Of a stretch of 49,716 nucleotides of DNA, positions 1-9,800 are shown piece by piece. The DNA is from Thermodesulfobacteriota bacterium (lineage in GTDB: Bacteria > Desulfobacterota_D > UBA1144). The translations under genes were made by a program, and so were the position numbers. The stretch lies in the NCBI GenBank assembly GCA_036340075.1, contig JAYYZJ010000011.1, positions 1 to 49,716 of the forward strand, given 5' to 3'. The notes below the pieces were generated by a model that made no database searches, was not told where the DNA came from, and saw only the letters and a list, made by a program, of their open reading frames with translations. How positions within the stretch are numbered: position 1 is the stretch's first letter; every line of letters starts with the position of its first letter.

Positions 1-2
1 AT

Positions 3-203
3 GACGAAATCATCCTTGGATTGGATCGCAGCCGCGAATCCATGATGAGAGCTATTGCTGTTGATTCCGAAACTGGAGCAGAGTTGAGACTTGCTGCTGA
101 CGATCAGTATACTGTTCGCCAACAAAAAGTTGGATACTATGGTTCAATCGAGGAAGGACGCATGATTCTCGATAGTCGCGCCTTAACAGGTATCGTTGTG
201 TAA
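3..203 (+). CDS. Major capsid protein, C-terminal fragment (5' truncated by window edge)
   Basis: Frame is open from the window start (DEIILGLDRSRES...KVGYYGSIEEGRMILDSRALTGIVV). The ending resembles HK97-fold capsid C-termini, and a strong terminator and head-tail genes follow. Confidence 0.6.
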   Translation, partial: DEIILGLDRSRESMMRAIAVDSETGAELRLAADDQYTVRQQKVGYYGSIEEGRMILDSRALTGIVV

Positions 204-227
204 GTTATCTTCACATACTAAGAGTTT

Positions 228-257
228 AAAAAAATCCACCTACGGGTGGATTTTTTT
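228..257 (+). terminator. Rho-independent terminator
   Basis: Perfect hairpin AAAAAAATCCACC-TACG-GGTGGATTTTTTT just after the capsid stop. Confidence 0.9.
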
Positions 258-278
258 ATTCCCAAATTTATCATAAAA

Positions 279-283
279 GTGTA
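279..283 (+). promoter_or_regulatory. GTGTA motif, putative phage late promoter
   Basis: AAGTGTAA between the terminator and ATG 299; the same motif recurs upstream of many + strand genes. Confidence 0.5.
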
Positions 284-298
284 ACCTAAAATATTATT

Positions 299-712
299 AT
301 GGCAAGAAAAAAAACTACAACTTCTACTAAAACAAAACCAAAGACCGCTAAAAAAGCGAGTAAAGAGATTATGTATACAGACGGGAAATCCGTTGTAGCA
401 AATGAAAAAGATAACTTAAAAGATTTAGAGAAAATTTTAAATCCATCTTTGTTAACTAATCATTTTAAAGCTCAAACTGAGGAAGAATTTGATTCAAAAA
501 TTGCAGACATGACAATGCCTGACTTACAATCATTAGCTGTAAGGGTTGGAGTTTTTCCTTCTGGAAATAGAACAACATTAAAAAACAAACTCAAAAAAGA
601 ATTTAAAAATGTTGTTTTCGCTGGAAAAGGAAGGGTAATGGCTTCTGAAAAACCAATAATGGATATTAATTCATTATCTGAAGATCAAAAAAAATTATTT
701 AGAGAAATTTAA
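299..712 (+). CDS. Hypothetical protein, Lys-rich N-terminus (head module)
   Basis: 137-aa ORF, first gene after the capsid terminator, closely coupled to the next gene. Confidence 0.75.
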   Translation: MARKKTTTSTKTKPKTAKKASKEIMYTDGKSVVANEKDNLKDLEKILNPSLLTNHFKAQTEEEFDSKIADMTMPDLQSLAVRVGVFPSGNRTTLKNKLKKEFKNVVFAGKGRVMASEKPIMDINSLSEDQKKLFREI

Positions 713-714
713 AT

Positions 715-1266
715 ATGGGTCAAATTGATGATATTGCGAGTAGTATATACGAAACAGAGTTTTATGATGAAGTAGCCACTCCGCAAGAAGTGGACGCTTC
801 AAAAGCTCGCATATCTGCATGGCTTGAAACAAATATAGGACAATTAAATATACTCATAAATCAAAGCTTTAGAATTGATGGGTCAAATAATTCATGCCCA
901 GAATTAAAGGAAGAAGAAATAGCTATTTTTATACAACTATACTTAAAGTATTACTATAAAAGACAAAGCCAATCTATACTCAAAAATTTAGGGTCAATAC
1001 AAAGTCAAACAGTTGGAACCCCAGTTTTGACAATGTCAGATTGGACGGAGCTAAGAGAAGGAGACTCTCAAATAAAAAGAGTGGCTCAAAATTCTTCTCC
1101 ACAACAAAAAATTCAAGTAGCTCAAACATACAGAACTTTTTCCCAAGAAGCTGATATAAAGTTAAGTGAATTAGTTCATTCATATAATATGTATAATTCT
1201 GGGCCTAGACAAATAGTTGAAGAAGGTTCTGCACCAAGTGTAGTAGCCCCGCCTACACCTACTTAA
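715..1266 (+). CDS. Putative head-tail adaptor/connector protein
   Basis: 183 aa, helical; product inferred from position in the head-tail gene order; C-terminus APPTPT. Confidence 0.45.
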   Translation: MGQIDDIASSIYETEFYDEVATPQEVDASKARISAWLETNIGQLNILINQSFRIDGSNNSCPELKEEEIAIFIQLYLKYYYKRQSQSILKNLGSIQSQTVGTPVLTMSDWTELREGDSQIKRVAQNSSPQQKIQVAQTYRTFSQEADIKLSELVHSYNMYNSGPRQIVEEGSAPSVVAPPTPT

Positions 1267-1269
1267 TTC

Positions 1270-1716
1270 ATGTCTAGTCTAATTTCCAATTCAGATAAAG
1301 ATGCTTTTGATGATATATTCGATAGCATACACGATACATTCTCAAGAGAGATCACTATTTTCAAAAAAGAAAAAAAAGTTTTTATATCTACTCAAAGCAC
1401 TTATAATGCTCTCTATTCAAGAATGAAAGATGAAAAGAGTATTGAAAAAACTGTCCAAGCAATCAAGGTAAAAGCTAGAGTAGCATATGCAGGAAATTTT
1501 GAATTTTTAAGAGCTAATACAGAAAATGAAATTATGGGACTTGATATTCCTGCCGATCATGTAAGAATTAAAATTGGAGAAACAGGCTACAACTTAATAA
1601 AGCAAGCTACAGATATAGAAATAGACGGAGAACTTTTCAATATATCTTCTGACGCTGCGAAGTCTGGAATGTTTAAGGTTAAGTATTATAATTTATTGTT
1701 AAAAAGAAGGAGTTGA
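1270..1716 (+). CDS. Putative head closure (stopper) protein
   Basis: 148 aa, beta-rich with an IEIDGELFNI strand typical of SPP1 gp16-like proteins; gene order. Confidence 0.45.
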   Translation: MSSLISNSDKDAFDDIFDSIHDTFSREITIFKKEKKVFISTQSTYNALYSRMKDEKSIEKTVQAIKVKARVAYAGNFEFLRANTENEIMGLDIPADHVRIKIGETGYNLIKQATDIEIDGELFNISSDAAKSGMFKVKYYNLLLKRRS

Positions 1717-1717
1717 T

Positions 1718-2314
1718 ATGAAAATACGAATTAACTCTAGAGCCCTTAAAAAAATAGAAAATTCTGAGGTAGCTCCAATTGTAAATAAGCAAGCAATGGA
1801 TATGGTTTTAAAATTAGCCAGAGAAGCTCACATGGAAATGTTGCAAGCTTTCGAATCACATCCAGTTACAAAAGAAATACAATCTGGACCAGACGGACGG
1901 AATCAAAGCGGAACTTTAGGTGGATATGGTAATCTATATTCGTTTATTGGTTTTGAAGAAGGCATGGACCCTGTAGCTCCTATAAGAAGAATATTAAAAA
2001 AAACATTAAAAGTTAGAGCTGTACCAGCAAATCATAAATCTATGATAATGAATTTTTTAGTTGAAATACCATCCAAAGAAGAGTTAATAGCTGCATCCCC
2101 AATGCCCTGGGGAACAGGCAGAAGTTGGATAGAAGGTATAGAAAAAGGAATATCAGGATTAGGTAAATACTTAAATGAGACTTCTTTTAATAGTAGATCT
2201 GGAGAAGGTATACAAACTAAAAATCAAATAAGAGGAGGAGGTTTTAGAAACACAAAATATCTTTCTGAAATATTAAACCAGCTTAAGACTAACTTAAGGA
2301 GAGGAATAAAATGA
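1718..2314 (+). CDS. Putative neck/tail completion protein (HK97 gp10-like position)
   Basis: 198 aa, basic and Gly-rich, lies between the stopper-like and terminator-like genes. Confidence 0.4.
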   Translation: MKIRINSRALKKIENSEVAPIVNKQAMDMVLKLAREAHMEMLQAFESHPVTKEIQSGPDGRNQSGTLGGYGNLYSFIGFEEGMDPVAPIRRILKKTLKVRAVPANHKSMIMNFLVEIPSKEELIAASPMPWGTGRSWIEGIEKGISGLGKYLNETSFNSRSGEGIQTKNQIRGGGFRNTKYLSEILNQLKTNLRRGIK

Positions 2315-3189
2315 AGGCTGGGTTTGATCACGAATTATTGTCAAGCTTTTATCTTTGGTGTGATGATCGGCTTACTTATTTTGCTGAAGCGTATCAAGAT
2401 CCAATACCTCATACATTTGAGTATGTAGACTCAATAGACGTTCCTTCTGCTTGGAATGCGTTTTATAGTCCATATAGACAATTTGTTTGGGCTTCAGATA
2501 GAGTTACTGTTCCTGATGAAGTAACGATAAATGGAGCTACAGTTAAAGATAAAGACGGAATTTTTATTGATTATAATAACGGAAGGATTTTAGTAGATAC
2601 TACTAGTAGACATGGAAATAGCACAAGTTTATCTATAACTGGAAATTTTGCTTATAAAACAGTTAATACTTACATAACAGATGAAACAGAAGAAAATGTA
2701 ATATTAAATAGTGATTTTATAATAAGTCCGTCAAATCAAACATATATGCAAACAAATGGCGGCTTCAGTGATAAAATGTATACGCTACCAGCTATGTTTC
2801 TAACAATATCTAATTCTAGTAATGAACCGTTTGCTTTTGGAGGAATGGATAATACTGTGGCAAATATAAGATCCGTAATAGTAGCTGACTCAAATTATAC
2901 GCTTGATGGCGTACTATCCGTATTTAGGGATTCAGCTAGAACCGATTTTGCATTAATAGATTTTGGGGATTTCCCATTTGGAGAATTTAATCATATAAAA
3001 AATCACCCATATAAATATGAAGATCTGTCAAAATCAACTTCTCAGTATTGCTTTATAGATGAAGTAGCTGCATCTAAGCTGACAGATAGATCTAGAGAAA
3101 GAATAACTGGGTCAAAAGATTATAAAATAGGCTTTTTAGATTTTCAAGTTTCTAAACCAAGAAATCCAAGACAAATTTTTTCTAGATAA
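2311..3189 (+). CDS. Putative tail terminator/completion protein
   Basis: 292 aa immediately before the tail tube; LPAMFL and PFAFGG segments; ATGA overlap with previous gene. Confidence 0.4.
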   Translation: MKAGFDHELLSSFYLWCDDRLTYFAEAYQDPIPHTFEYVDSIDVPSAWNAFYSPYRQFVWASDRVTVPDEVTINGATVKDKDGIFIDYNNGRILVDTTSRHGNSTSLSITGNFAYKTVNTYITDETEENVILNSDFIISPSNQTYMQTNGGFSDKMYTLPAMFLTISNSSNEPFAFGGMDNTVANIRSVIVADSNYTLDGVLSVFRDSARTDFALIDFGDFPFGEFNHIKNHPYKYEDLSKSTSQYCFIDEVAASKLTDRSRERITGSKDYKIGFLDFQVSKPRNPRQIFSR

Positions 3190-3252
3190 AATTTCACATT
3201 TTAACCTTTTTACTGTAATAAGTATTACCTAAAATTTTAACTATAATATATT

Positions 3253-4560
3253 ATGGCAACAGACAGAATTATTTACCAAAGTGAATCTCTATTCGTTAGT
3301 CCGCACACAAAAGCTAATGACGCTAATATTACTTCTACGGATATCGAAGAGATTAATCGTGTTCAGGACATGAGTTATAACCTTGAGGTTACTCGTACTG
3401 ATATTAATGAGTTTGGTCAACTTGCTGCTCTTTCAAGAGAAGTAACTGAACCACCAACAGTAGCCCTGGATTTTTCATATTTTCTTACAGATGGAACTCA
3501 AGAAAAAAGTCTTGGTTTTGATCTGAATCAATATAGCAAATTACCTTTAGCAAACGCCACCCCAATGACTTCAAGTCTTCTAACAGGGAGTACTGAAGAA
3601 AAAAATTACTATATAGTAACAGCTCCAGAGGGTAAAGATGTTCATGGCGCAAATCTAGAAGATGGCGACCATGGCGTTATTGGAATTGGTAATGGATTTA
3701 TTACAAGTTATGGAATTACAGCTGCTGTAGGAGAACTTGCAAGCGCGAGTGTTTCTGTTGAAGCTTCTAATATCATGTTTAAAAATAATCTAGCTAATGG
3801 ATTCCAGAATCCATCAGTTGATGTAACATCTACAACTGGAGATAGGCTTTCAAATTTTGTAAGATTTAATACAAGTGGACCAACTACTCCAACTCATACA
3901 GATTTGCCTGGAACTCCAATGCAATCTTCTGACGGAGATATTAAGTCTAATTTCACGCAAAACGAAATTTTTGCACTTCGTCCTGGTGATATCGCAATTG
4001 ACTTTGACGCAGTTGGATGGCTAGACGGAACAAAAAGTGTTGGCGACTTAGCAGTTGGAGGAGCAATTCTCGATGGAGCAGGAGGAACTAAACCAACATC
4101 AAAAAGTACAGCTCATATTCAAAATGTTTCTTTGGATATTCCAGTAGGAAGAAGTCCTTTGAATAGACTCGGAAACCACTATGCGTTTGCTCGTAAAGTA
4201 GATTTCCCAGTGAACATGACACTTAGTGCCAGCGCACTGATGACTGACTTTTCTGACGGAAGTCTTGATGGACTAATCTGCGGAGGAGAGCAAAAAAGAG
4301 ATATTGCTATTATTATGAAAAATCGTTGTGGAGCAAGCACTCCATTAGTTTTCGTAATGAGAAATGCTATCCTTGATACACAAGCTTTCTCAGCTTCTAT
4401 TGGAGATAATAAGACGGTTGATCTTACTTTCTCTTCTCAGGTTGGTGGAGCAAACGATTCAGAAAATGGAATTTTCTTGCTTGCTGAACCAGGTAATCCT
4501 GGAGTACCAATGTACCAGGAAACTCCTACTCCGCAACCTATGGCTACTCCTACTCCGTAG
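3253..4560 (+). CDS. Major tail tube protein
   Basis: 435 aa, beta-rich with two similar halves (RTDINEFGQL / RSPLNRLGNH). Followed by a terminator, chaperone-like genes and the TMP. C-terminus ETPTPQPMATPTP. Confidence 0.65.
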   Translation: MATDRIIYQSESLFVSPHTKANDANITSTDIEEINRVQDMSYNLEVTRTDINEFGQLAALSREVTEPPTVALDFSYFLTDGTQEKSLGFDLNQYSKLPLANATPMTSSLLTGSTEEKNYYIVTAPEGKDVHGANLEDGDHGVIGIGNGFITSYGITAAVGELASASVSVEASNIMFKNNLANGFQNPSVDVTSTTGDRLSNFVRFNTSGPTTPTHTDLPGTPMQSSDGDIKSNFTQNEIFALRPGDIAIDFDAVGWLDGTKSVGDLAVGGAILDGAGGTKPTSKSTAHIQNVSLDIPVGRSPLNRLGNHYAFARKVDFPVNMTLSASALMTDFSDGSLDGLICGGEQKRDIAIIMKNRCGASTPLVFVMRNAILDTQAFSASIGDNKTVDLTFSSQVGGANDSENGIFLLAEPGNPGVPMYQETPTPQPMATPTP

Positions 4561-4582
4561 TAAGAGATTTAAGAGTTACAAT

Positions 4583-4615
4583 AAAACCTCAGATTTTCAC
4601 ATCTGGGGTTTTTTT
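4583..4615 (+). terminator. Rho-independent terminator
   Basis: AAAACCTCAGAT-TTTCAC-ATCTGGGGTTTT hairpin (one G:U pair) plus T-tract after the tail tube gene. Confidence 0.85.
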
Positions 4616-4645
4616 GTGTATTTACACATAAGGTAAAAGGAAAAG
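4615..4645 (+). promoter_or_regulatory. GTGTA motif within palindrome TGTGTA-TT-TACACA, followed by twin AAGG
   Basis: Read directly from the sequence; same architecture at 6834-6861. Confidence 0.5.
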
Positions 4646-4651
4646 TTTATT

Positions 4652-4936
4652 ATGAAAAATGAAAGAGAACTCTTAGAGTTTCAAGTTTTGCGTACAATTA
4701 CAAATTTGTATAAAAGCTTCTTGATCACAATAGAAGAATTAAGTGAAGATCATAAGCTTCAGTTTGATAAATTAAAAAAAGCAATGCCTGAGCATGAAAA
4801 AATATTGACTCAAGCAGAATATCTAGACGAAGGACAGCTTAATTATTTAAGAAAAAAAATACTAGACTCTGGAAACGACGCTAGAAGAGAATTATTTTCT
4901 TGTATGGAAAATTTTGATATAAACTTTAAAAAATAA
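4652..4936 (+). CDS. Hypothetical protein (tail module)
   Basis: 94-aa helical ORF with an AAGG-rich leader. Confidence 0.75.
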   Translation: MKNERELLEFQVLRTITNLYKSFLITIEELSEDHKLQFDKLKKAMPEHEKILTQAEYLDEGQLNYLRKKILDSGNDARRELFSCMENFDINFKK

Positions 4937-4973
4937 ATTTATTATTTATAATATATAAAAAGGAATAAGGATT

Positions 4974-5831
4974 ATGATTATTGACGAAAAAAACACGCTA
5001 TACTCTTTCTCTACTAATATTAATAAAACTGTTAAAGAAGAAGTAGAAAAGAAAAGTAAAAGAAAAAATAAAGAAACTGGAAAGATGGAGTATGTAACCT
5101 CAAAAGAAACTATTGAGGTTGAAAAAGAAGTGCCATATACTATATACATTAAAAAACCTAATAGGACAGAATTGGAAGAGGGTGATATGTTTTATAGTCT
5201 TGAGTTAAATAAATTTATAAAAATGGGTTTATTAACAAAAGCAATGCTTGCAAAGCAATATGGAAATCAAGGTGGAGTATGGTCTGAAAAAGAACAAAAA
5301 ATGTATGCAGACTTAATGTACAGGATGCATCAAAAGCAGCTTGAAGTTCAACAATTTTCTTTACTCGGGGGAGATGGTAAATTATCAGAAAGGCAAAAAG
5401 AAAAACTTGATACGGCTGTTAAAGAAATGGCTCAAGTTAAAAGAGAGTTGACTGAATATGAAATGGTTCAAAATTCTTTGTTTGATCATACTGCAGATAT
5501 AAAAGCTAGAAATAGAACGATAATGTGGTATATTTTACATTTGACATATTTTGTAGAAGGCGAGAATGACACAACAATTCACGAAACGTTTTTTGAAGGT
5601 GAAAACTTTGATCAAAAATACGACTCTTACCAAGATAAAGAAGATGATAGAGATGAACTTTACCAAAAAGTAATTGACAAAATATCTTCCGTTATAACAA
5701 TATGGTATATAAGTGGAACTCAAAATCAAGAAGGTCTTCAAAGAGTTATTGATCAAATGAAAAAAGACGAAGAAGATGCTGAAGAAGAAGAAGGCATTGA
5801 TCAAGAAATTGAAGAGAGTGTAGAAGCATAA
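4974..5831 (+). CDS. Putative tail assembly chaperone
   Basis: 285 aa, charged coiled-coil with acidic tail; lies between tail tube and TMP. Confidence 0.5.
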   Translation: MIIDEKNTLYSFSTNINKTVKEEVEKKSKRKNKETGKMEYVTSKETIEVEKEVPYTIYIKKPNRTELEEGDMFYSLELNKFIKMGLLTKAMLAKQYGNQGGVWSEKEQKMYADLMYRMHQKQLEVQQFSLLGGDGKLSERQKEKLDTAVKEMAQVKRELTEYEMVQNSLFDHTADIKARNRTIMWYILHLTYFVEGENDTTIHETFFEGENFDQKYDSYQDKEDDRDELYQKVIDKISSVITIWYISGTQNQEGLQRVIDQMKKDEEDAEEEEGIDQEIEESVEA

Positions 5832-5832
5832 A

Positions 5833-6834
5833 ATGCATGACGAGTTTGACTCGAAATTTCTAGAAAAAATATTTCTAGAAGTGTGCGAAGGGTTCTCTAC
5901 AACAAAAATAAAAGAAAAAACTTGTTACATTAAACACCCTTCAATTCAAGAATTGAATGTTGTTAACTCTTATTACGATCATTACTTTGATAAGGTCGTA
6001 AAGATGGGAATCCCTAAAGAGAAAGATTTAATGAAAACTTTAGAGGAGAATGGAGTGTGGTCAAAAGAAGACGAAGATAAAATAAAAAAACAAGAAATAG
6101 AACTAAAGGGTTTAAGGAAAACTTTAGGTAACTTATTTACAGAAAGAGAAAAAGAGCCAATAGAAAAAAGAATCAAAGAGCTTAAAAAAGAATATGAAGA
6201 TCATGCTAAAAAAAGAAGTTCTGTAGTAACTAATTCTGCGGAAGAATATGCAGACAAAAAGAGTAATGAAAAATTTTTATTTCATTGTCTTTACGAGGAT
6301 AAAGAATTAAAAAATAAAAAATTTCATGAAGATGAATTTGAAGAGATAGATTCTATAGAGTTGATGAATTTATATAAAGAATATAATTCTCATGCAGAAA
6401 AATTTTCAGAAAAGAATTTAAAACAATTATCTATATCTTCTATATTTAAAAGCGTCTTTAATTTGTACTCTAAGGATGTTACTAATTTTTTTAAAAAACA
6501 TCCTCTTGATTTAAGTTTTTATCAAATTAATCTATTAAATTATGGAAAGTTATTTGTTACAATTTTTGAGAATAATAAAATTCCAGAAAACATAATGGAT
6601 AATGCTGAAAAAATACTAAAACACGTAGACGAAGAAAAGGGAAAAAAGAATAAAGCTGAAAAAATTTCACAGAAAGCCAATGAATCAGATGGGTTTTCAT
6701 ATGCAAGAGCAAAGACTTCAGAAATGGAGAAAATGGGCGTTGAAAAATCAGGTGGAAAAGATATTCACAGTATAGCAGAAGATAATGGTGGAGAGCTTTC
6801 CATGGAAGATTTCATGAAAATTCATAAAAAATAG
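5833..6834 (+). CDS. Putative second tail assembly chaperone
   Basis: 333 aa, charged and helical, directly before the TMP. Shares layout with the previous ORF (YIKxP, then GVWS, then coiled coil), suggesting distant paralogy. Confidence 0.5.
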   Translation: MHDEFDSKFLEKIFLEVCEGFSTTKIKEKTCYIKHPSIQELNVVNSYYDHYFDKVVKMGIPKEKDLMKTLEENGVWSKEDEDKIKKQEIELKGLRKTLGNLFTEREKEPIEKRIKELKKEYEDHAKKRSSVVTNSAEEYADKKSNEKFLFHCLYEDKELKNKKFHEDEFEEIDSIELMNLYKEYNSHAEKFSEKNLKQLSISSIFKSVFNLYSKDVTNFFKKHPLDLSFYQINLLNYGKLFVTIFENNKIPENIMDNAEKILKHVDEEKGKKNKAEKISQKANESDGFSYARAKTSEMEKMGVEKSGGKDIHSIAEDNGGELSMEDFMKIHKK

Positions 6835-6861
6835 TGTAACTATATTACACAAGGTTTAAGG
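6834..6861 (+). promoter_or_regulatory. GTGTAA-CTATA-TTACAC palindrome plus twin AAGG upstream of the TMP
   Basis: Perfect 6-bp inverted repeat containing the GTGTA motif, then AAGGTTTAAGG. Confidence 0.5.
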
Positions 6862-6869
6862 ATTTTTTT

Positions 6870-9800
6870 ATGAGTGTTGTCAATATACCAACGTCTGCTT
6901 CGGGCTACCATCAAAGTATTGTTAGCCAAGCTAGATCTGCGCAAAGAACAGTTAATAGGATGCAGATGTCCCCGACGTTGAACCCACAAGGGATGACTCA
7001 ACCTTTAGGGAAAATAACAAATTCAGCAAGTGAATTCCAGAAATCAATGGACGCTTCGGCTGCGCGTGTCTTTGCTTTTGGAGCAGCTGTCGGAGTAATA
7101 AATGGAATATCTGATGCATTCAGGGGGATGGTTGAATCAATGGCAGAAGTTGAAAAATCCTTAAAAGACATTCAGGTTGTAATGGAAGCTAGTGACGCCG
7201 CAATGCGAAGTTTTGGAGACGGGTTATTTGATGTGGCAAGAAATACTGCTACAAGTTTTGATTTAGTTGCGGCTTCAGCGACAGAGTTAGCAAGACAGGG
7301 ATTAAGTTCAGAAGAAACTTTGGCTAGGGTTAACTCGGCATTGATATTAAGTAGGCTTTCTGGGTTAGACACAGTTAAGTCGACAGAAACACTAACCGCT
7401 GCAATTAACTCGTTTAATAAAGAAGGTATAACTCATACCCAAGTAATTAATAGAATGGCTAATGTTGACGCAGCTTTTGCTGTATCTTCTGCAGACTTAG
7501 CTGAAGCGATTTCTAGAGCAGGAGCTGTGGCTCAATCATCTGGGGTGGCATTTAACGAATTAGCAGCGATAGTAACGGCTGTTCAACAAAGAACTGCCAG
7601 GGGTGGTTCAGTGATAGGAAACGGATTTAAAAGTATTTTTACTAGGATTAAAAGGAGTGGGGTTAGAGAAGCTTTAGAAGAAATTGGAGTAGCTACAAAA
7701 AATAATGACGGATCGTTTAGATCTTCAATAGCAATTTTAGAAGATTATGCGAAAGTATACCAAGGCTTAAGTGATACTCAGAAAGCTTATACGTCAGAAC
7801 AAATAGCTGGAGTGTTTCAAATTCAAAATTTACAAGCTTTAATACAAGATTTAAATAGTGGATATTCTGTATACAATAAGGCATTGTCAGTGGCTAATAA
7901 TACAACAAATGAAGCTATACAAAGAAATGATGCTTTAAATACAACTATGTCTGCACTGTTTGCTCAAACAACTTTAAGCGCAAAAGAATTAGCAGCAACT
8001 ATTGGAGAAGTAGGATTTTCAGAAAATTTTAAAGAAATTTTAACATTTTTAAATAACCTGGCTAAAAAATTAAACGAAATATTTTCCGAAGATAAAGGTA
8101 GCGATTTTGCTCAAAACTTAATTAGAGGAATAGGATCATTTTTAACTGGGCCAGGATTGGTTATAATGGGTGCTGCATTTTTGAAAATATTCGGATTAGT
8201 AGCGAAGTTTGCAAAAGAAGCTTTTGCGGATTTATTAGGAGTTAATAAAGAAGCAAAAAGACAACAGAGTTTGCAAGTTGCTATAGGTCAAATACTTTCT
8301 ACTAATGCTGGAGTTTATCAAAAAATATTAGCTGCTGGAACAAGCACTGCAAAACAACAGCAAATAATATTAAATTTAATAAAACAAGAAACAGCTGAAA
8401 GACTAAAACAAGAAGCTTTAATTAAGAGAATAGCTGGGGGTAGAGTGCTAGCTGGTATTGGAGCTGGAGAACAGGGTTTTATTCCAATGGGGAAAAAATC
8501 TGCACAAAGAAAAGGTAGAAAAACCTTAGGAATGGCGTCTGGCTTTTTACCTTCGATTGGAAAAGAAATGAGCGATATAAATTCTGGAATTGGAGGAGCA
8601 AGAAAGGGAGATAAGCCAGTAGTTTTAAAAGGGCATAAAATGAGTGGGGGTAGAAGGGAAAATGTAGTTGCTCATACTGGAGAGTGGGTAGTTTCTAATT
8701 TTGCTGGCACTGGTGGGGATGCTATCTTTAATAGAGATATGATAAAGAAAATGGGGAAACCAAAGGGGGCTAAAAAAATAACAGCTTCTTCTGGTTTCAT
8801 ACCGAATTACGCAAAACCTGTTCAAAAAAAATATATGGCTGTACAGGCTTCAGCGAGAAGATTAGACTGGAGGCAAGGCGGCAGATCTTTAATATCTAAA
8901 TTTTCAGATGGAGTAGATATGTTTAAGGCTATGATAAAAATTAACAGGATGGAGCAAACATCTAAGCAACTTGGGTCTAGAGCTCACGCCTGGGTAACTG
9001 GAAAGCCAATGAGTGGAGATAGTATTATTAAGGGAGAACAAATTCCAGAAAAATCTACAAAAGCATGGTTTATAAGAGATAAAAATAAAGACGGGACTAA
9101 ATATAAATTAAATTTTTCCATGAAAAATGTAGAGTCAGGGTTAAGAAAAGAATTTGGAACATTAATGGACCAGCCTACAGGTAAAAGTTTGTTAACTACA
9201 GTTAATAATTTGACTGATGAAAAAAAGACTCCTAGATTTAAAGACAAAGTACCAAAAAAAGTTCAAGGAAGATTTGCTCATATAACAAACTTATTGAAAG
9301 GGCTACAAGGAGAAAAACTTGCTAGATCTAAACTCAGAAAAGATAGAGGCAGTGGAGATTATATAAGGGGTAATGAATCTTTTGATTTAAAGTACAAAAA
9401 TAAAAAGGGAGAAGAAAGATTTTCTGAGGTAAAAGCTGTAAGCCAGCAAGATTTGTTGCCTATATTAAAAAAAGGTGCAACACAATTTTTGCGGTCAACA
9501 GGAAAAGATTTTAAAAACGAAGAAAAAGATATTATAAACGTAAACAAAGGCTCTTCTCAAATATCTGGATTTTTAGAGTTAATGACAATGGCGGATACTG
9601 AAGTGACTAGACCTTCATTTGCAAGAGGCTACGTGCCTAATTTTGGTAAGTTTAATTTGTTTGAGGGAGTCAGAAAAACAAAAGGAGGGAAAGATTATAT
9701 TTGGGAAAACGAGTTAGCTCAAGCAAAACATCAGCTACCAGAAGGAACAAAATTTACACCCTGGGCAAAAAATCCAAAAATGATTTTTGTATCAGGGCAC

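Noticed and set aside
198..202. GTGTA at the capsid stop, and in-gene copies such as 1238 and 21300
   Set aside because: The first is upstream of a terminator and explained by Val-stop codons; in-gene copies are expected by chance and were not counted as promoters
5755..5835. Programmed -1 frameshift joining the two chaperone ORFs (AAAAAAG at 5760-5766)
   Set aside because: The heptamer is out of phase with the reading frame, the second ORF is in the +1 frame, and that frame has a TAG at 5821 just before its own ATG
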